A stretch of 64,000 bases of DNA, from assembly GCA_963771175.1 (NCBI GenBank), contig CAVYSY010000026.1:288001-352000 (forward strand), given 5' to 3'. The position numbers and the translations under genes were made by a program. Numbering within the stretch: position 1 is the stretch's first letter; every line of letters begins with the position of its first letter. Shown here in pieces: positions 58,523 to 64,000 of this stretch. The notes under the pieces were generated by a model. The model did no database searches. It worked only from the letters and a program-made list of their open reading frames with translations, and had not been told where the DNA came from. This DNA comes from an uncultured delta proteobacterium (GTDB lineage Bacteria > Myxococcota > Myxococcia > Myxococcales > Myxococcaceae).

Positions 58523-60811
58523 ATGGCCCACACGCAGGCGAGCGAGGGAATGCGGGAGGCGCCCTTCGTGGCGAGCAGCCAACCGATGCTCTGGATTGGG
58601 GGCGGCCTGCCCCCGCGTTTCCGCTGGGCGAGTCCCGCCCTCGTGCACGCCCTCGGCCATCCCCTGGAGGAGTGGAAGACCCGGGGCTTCTTCCGGCGAC
58701 TCGTGCACCCGGAGCATCTCGACCGGGTGATGGACGCCTGGCGCGGAGTGGCCCAGAGCGGGAGTCCCCCGGACGGTCGAGTTCCACGCGGTATCGGCGG
58801 AGGGAGGGCTCGTCCGTCTGTCCGTCGAGCTGAGCGCGATCGAGCCCACGGCCGACGGCGCGGGAGAGCTCATCGGCACCCTCCAAGTCCTCCCCTTCCG
58901 GCCCCAGGCGGCCCTGGAGTCGCCTGCCTCTCGCGATGGAGCGCAGGGATACGCCTCCCCGGCCTGCGCCTGCCTGCGGGTGGAGACGCCCACAGGCGCC
59001 GAGGTGGACCTCCGCGAGACGCTGGACGGGCTCCCTGGTCCCGCCTGGCTGGTGGGTGAGGACCTGTCCATCGTGTGGTGCAACCCGCCGAAGCAGGCGC
59101 ACGGCACCGAGGAGCTGCTGTGCTCCGCGGCCCGCGCCTCGGCTCCCCAGGGCTGGGCCTCGGCCCATCGCCGGGCTCTCGCGGGAGAGCTGGGGAGCTT
59201 CGACTTCACCACCTGTGGCCACTCCTACCGGTGCCGCGTGGGGCCGGTGAGGGGGACCGAGGGTGACATCGTCGCGGCCCTCGGGGTCGCCACCGACGTC
59301 TCCGACCTCGACGAAGTGGCCCAGGAGCTCACCCGCACCCAACGCCATGCACGAGGGGCTCGTCGATGCCATCGACGGCATCGTCTGGGAGGCCGATGCG
59401 AGCTTCCGCTTCACCTTCGTCAGCAAGCAGGCCGAGCGCCTGGCCGGCTATCCCGTCCAGCACTGGACGCAGGAGCCGGACTTCTGGCTGAAGCACCTCC
59501 ACCCCGAGGACCGGGACTGGGCTCCCGCCTTCTGCATGAAGGCGACGCTGGAGTGCAGGCCGCACGAGTTCGAGTACCGGATGCTCGCGGCCGACGGGCG
59601 CACCGTGTGGCTGCGCGACATCGTCACCGTGGTCTCCGAGAATGGAATCCCCCGCAAGCTGCGGGGCATCATGGTGGACGTCACCGAGCATCGCCGGGCC
59701 CGGGAGGACCTGGAGCACACGGTCTCGCTGCTGCGCGCCACGCTCGACTCGACGGCGGATGGAGTCATCGTGGTGGACCGGAACCGGCAGATCACCGCCT
59801 CCAACGGGAGGTTCCAGCGAGCTCTGGCACGTCCCGCCCGAGCTGGTGGACACCCGGGAGTGGGAGCAGGTGTTCGAGCACGTGCGCGCCCAGGTCCAGC
59901 ACCCGGAGCAGTTCACGGCGCGGCTCCTGGAGCTGTACGCGGACCCCGAGAAGGAGGGCGTCGACACCATGGAGCTGCGCGACGGGCGCATCCTCGAGCG
60001 CTACTCGCGCCCCCAGCGGTTGGGAGACACCATCGTCGGCCGCGTCTGGAGCTACCGGGACGTGACGGCGGAGCGCCGCGCGCAGGCGGAGCGGGAGCGG
60101 CTGCTCCGCGAGGCCCAGGAGGCCATCCGCGTCCGGGACGACTTCCTGTCCATCGCGTCACATGAGCTGAAGACTCCGCTCACCCCCCTCAAGCTCCACC
60201 TGCAGGTGCTGAAGCAGCGGGTGGCACCCGGGCGGCCCGTCTCGTCCCCACACGTGGAGAAGGCGCTCGCCCAGGTCACCCGGCTCTCCGGGCTCATCAA
60301 TGACCTGCTGGACACCTCGCGCATCCAGGCGGGACGACTGGAGCTGAAGCACGAGCCCGTGTCGCTCCGGGAGCTCACCCGCGAGGTGCTCGCGGACCTC
60401 CGCCCGGTCAGCACCGACCACACGCTCGAATACGAGGAGTCCGACGAGGCGCTCGTCATCGAAGGAGACCGCGGCCGGCTCGGCGCAGGTGCTGGTGAAC
60501 CTGCTGGAGAACGCCCTCAAGTACAGCCCCACGGGAGGGAGCATCCGCGTCCGGGTGGAGAGGGACGAGACACAGGCCCGCATCTCGGTGTCGGACTCGG
60601 GGATTGGAATTCCACCGGACCAGAAGGCCCACCTCTTCGAGCGCTTCTTCCGCGCCCGCAACGCCCCCATCTCGGGCTTCGGCGGGCTGGGCCTCGGGCT
60701 CTACATCTGCCGGGACATCGTCGAGCGCCACGGCGGCCGCATCTGGGTGGAGAGCGAGGTGGGCCAAGGCTCCACCTTCCGATTCACCCTCCCGGTGGTG
60801 GCGCACCCTGA
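58523..60811 (+). CDS. Multi-PAS sensor histidine kinase (several frameshifts; ends approximate)
   Basis: VHPEH and LHPEDR PAS motifs, IASHELKTPL H-box, NLLENALKY, DSGIGI, GLGLGL. Confidence 0.8.
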
Positions 60812-60888
60812 ACCACGGCGGACGACACGCGGGGGACAGCCCCCCGTCGCGAACACCACCTTCCCACCGAGCTTCCAGCCTTCCCGGC

Positions 60889-62055
60889 TCAGGCCGGCTG
60901 CTTCACCATCTGCGGCCGCTTCTCGAAGGCCGCCAGCGTCTGGGCGATCTCCTGGTTCACCTGGCGCAGCAGGTCCTGCTTCTCGCGGAACGGCAGGAAG
61001 GCGCTCTTGAAGCCGGAGACGATGATGGTGGTCAGGTCCTCCAGCGACAGCCCCAGCTGCTTGTGCGCGACCCACAGCTCCTTCGTCACCGTGGTGTCGG
61101 TGATGAGCCGGTTGTCGGTGTTGATCGTCACCCGCAGGCCGTAGTCGAAGTAGAACTTCAGCGGGTGCGCCTCCAGGCTCGACACCGCGCCCGTCTGCAC
61201 GTTGGAGGTGGGGCACACCTCCAGCGGAATGCGGTGGTCGTTCACGTAGTTGAGCAGGTCGCCGTCCTCGCGCAGCCGCGTGCCGTGGCCGATGCGGTGC
61301 GCCCCCAGGTAGTGGATGGCCTGGGAGATGGACTCGGGCCCGAAGGCCTCGCCCGCGTGCGCCGTGCAGTTGACGTTGTTCTTGAGGATGAGCTGGAAGG
61401 CCTCCTTGTGGTCCTTGGCCGGGAAGTTCGCCTCGGCGCCCGCCAGGTCGAAGCCGATGACGCCCCGGTTCTTGTAGGCCACGCGACAGCTCCGCCAGCC
61501 GCATCGACGTCTGCGGGTTGATGTGGCGGATGCCGCAGACGATGACGCCGTATTTGGATGCCCGTCTCGCGCTTGGCCACGCCGCAGGCCCTCGAGCACC
61601 GAGTCGATGACCGTCGTCATCTTCAGGCCCTGCTGCAGGTGCAGCGCCGGCGAGTAGCGCACCTCCAGGTAGCGCACGTTCTCGGCCGCCGCGTCCACCG
61701 CCAGCTCGTAGGCCGAGCGGTAGAGCGACTCGGCCGTCTGCAGCACCGACAGCGTCACGTCGAAGGCCACCAGGTAGTCCTCGAGGCTCTTGCACACCTT
61801 CGCCCATGTGGATGGCCTTGGCCAGGCCGTCCTCGGTGTCCGCGGGCAGCTTCACCTTCTGCTGCTCGGCCAGCTCGAGGATCGTCTTGAGCCGCATGCG
61901 AGCCGTCGAGGTGGCAGTGCAGGTCCGTCTTGGGCAGCGCGTGGAGCAGCTCCTCGGTCACCGGGAGGGTCGGGGGCGCGGACCAATCAGCCCGTGCGAG
62001 CGGATGAGGGAATACCAGTCGAGCTGGGGAGCTCGTCGTCGCGAATCGAAGCCAT
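60889..62055 (-). CDS. add: Adenosine deaminase (frameshifted)
   Basis: PKTDLHCHLDGS, GFDLAGAE, AHAGE, RIGHG, EVCPTSN, INTDN. Confidence 0.92.
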
Positions 62056-62109
62056 GTCGGGTTCCTTCCTTGCCAAGCATCCTAGGGGTCTGAAAATCCT
62101 CGCTCAACC

Positions 62110-63180
62110 ATGCCGTCATCCCTCTGTCAGCGCCTCGTCTTACAGCTCGCCATGGCGGCGCTGATGGCCGCCTGCCGGCAGCCCACCGACAAGCTCTTCG
62201 CCTTCTCCTCCGATGCCCCCTCCCGGGCGGCGCTCGTCCCCTTGGAAAACGGGGTGCTGGTGGGCAACGAGGCCGGCCGGCTCCTGCGCCTGGACCTCGC
62301 GGGCGAGTCGCCCTGGAAGGTGGAGCTCGGACGCGAGGTGGCCGCGCGCCCCACGGTGTCGGGGGACGGCGTCATCGTAGGAACGGTTGGCGGAACGCTC
62401 GTCAGCCTCGCGCTCGACCAGGGCACGGAGCGCTGGCGCCTCACCGGGCAGCCGCCCGTGCTCACCCCGCTCGTCTCGGATGCGAGCGCCGTCTACGTCG
62501 TGGCCCCGGACGGCACCGTGCGCGCCCATGCCGTGGACTCCGGCGAGGTGCGCTGGCGGCGCCCGTTCCCCTCGGGTGCGCCCCGGCCTCGATGCCACCC
62601 GGCCCCTCCCCTCCCCCGTCCTCGCGGGCGGCCTCGTGGTGGTGGTGCTCGGGGACGCGGGACTGTTCGCGCTGGCGCCGCGAGGATGGCGCGGTGCGTT
62701 GGCGCCGGCCACTGGCCCAGGTGCTGGGACTGGAGGCCCAGGGGGACGTGCTGTACGTCTCCACCCGGAAGGGGGAGGTGCTCGCGCTCGGGCTCGCGGA
62801 CGGGCAGGTGCGCTGGCGGCAGACCCCCGCGCCCGTCCTCACCAGCCCGCCGAGCTTCGCCCTGGGACAGGTGTGGGTGGGCGCGGAGGACAACCTGCTC
62901 CTGGCCCTGTCGCCCCAGGATGGGCGGGAAGTCTCGCGCATCGGCCTGCCCGCGCCCCTGGTGACGCAGGTGGCGGAGTACCGCGAGTGGTTGCTGGTGC
63001 CCACGCGCGGCAGCCAGGGGTGGCTGATCGCGCTCGAGCCCGGAAAGGGGCCTCCGGTCTTCTCGCTGCGGCTGGACACGCCGCTGCTCACCCGGCCGGT
63101 GGTGCATCGGGGACCAGCTCTTCGTGCTGGGCCAGGACGGGCGCGTGCTGTCGTGGCGGCTCCAGCCCCCGAAGTCGTGA
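62110..63180 (+). CDS. PQQ-like beta-propeller lipoprotein (frameshifted)
   Basis: Lipobox MAA-C; repeated A.D..G...W propeller blades. Confidence 0.75.
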
Positions 63181-63193
63181 GCCGAAGTGGACC

Positions 63194-63270
63194 TCACTTG
63201 TAGACGTCTACAAGCGAAGCAGCACCATTCCCCACATCAACCCACACCGCTTGTAGACGTCTACAAGTGA
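63194..63270. repeat. Palindromic REP-like doublet (CTTGTAGACGTCTACAAG)
   Basis: Copies at 63194-63217 and 63247-63270 in inverted orientation; 29-nt spacer. Confidence 0.85.
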
Positions 63271-63299
63271 GCCGCGCCAGATCCCGCATTCTGGAATGG

Positions 63300-64000
63300 A
63301 GAGTGGGCTACGGTGTCCGAGGCGGCGTCGCGTGCTGGAGAGGTGCGGCTTGTCCACGCCGTCTGGCAGTTCGAGCCCGGCAGGTGCGCGGCGACGGCTC
63401 CTGGCGGGCGACGCTGGCTCTGGGCACCCTGCTGCTCTCCAGCCGCGTGCGTCACGGGCGCGAGGCTGCCAAGGGTGGTCAGGAGCTGGCGCGGACGGCA
63501 GAGTGGGTGGACTCAAGCTGACGAGCAGTGCTGTGGGCTCGCCGCTGTGTGTGCCGCTCCGGCGGCCGGCGGAGAGTGTCGTCCCCACCACGGTGCAAAA
63601 GCTGGCGGAGGCGGCGGAGGCTGTCCAGGGACTCACCCGGACTTCCTCGACGAGGCCGAGGTGGCCCGGGTCGAGAAGGTCCTCGTCCAGTGCGCCAAGG
63701 AGGCCGACTACCAGGTCATCAACGGGAGCATCCCAAGGAGGGGTACCCAAGTGACACCGAGTGCAACCGCGTCGTTGGGTACGACAGAGTCGGCGAGAAA
63801 GTGACGCGTGCCATGGAACTCGGGACGATGAAGCGTGATCACCTTTCCTGGTCGAGCGAGAACTCGGGCCGGGAATCTCGACCGCCTATTCGCCAGGGAA
63901 CCGCGCTACGGCAAGAAACCGCCGGGCGAAAGTACGCCCTCACCGATGATAGGACGGGACCTCTCGTCCCCGACATCGTTCTGCACCTGGTGCGCGAACG
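63300..64000 (+). pseudogene. Degenerate or partial myxobacterial lipoprotein, possibly toxin-like; runs off the window
   Basis: Fragments VLVQCAKEADYQV, ECNRVVG, VTRAMELGTMK, EPRY, PDIVLH lie in shifting frames. Confidence 0.4.

Overview
This is a high-GC myxobacterial chromosomal window; the gene content points to Myxococcaceae/Archangiaceae. Many conserved genes are split by single-base indels, most likely long-read assembly errors, so spans for split genes are approximate. Core content: elbA-E ether-lipid cluster with FHA-GGDEF and glgC, treY/glgX, hemH-apaG-terC, sua5, a GldAFG-like ABC operon, add, rtcB, two sensor kinases, and a YprA/MrfA helicase + YprB/MrfB nuclease + AlkA repair block. 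Accessory content: a phaE-like/class III phaC/hydrolase unit, a heme peroxidase-hemA-FAD monooxygenase-RoxA-like di-heme cluster, two polymorphic lipoprotein toxin-immunity cassettes (SitA6/SitI6-like and SitA5-like Tox-REase-5/Imm52), a kinase::DUF2381 deletion remnant and a degenerate toxin-like gene at the window end. Best non-coding signals: a 24-bp palindromic repeat family (7 copies in 3 doublet loci), a Myxococcus-type LexA box in front of the helicase, and a highly structured leader upstream of rtcB. No CRISPR/cas, rRNA, tRNA or transposase was recognised.
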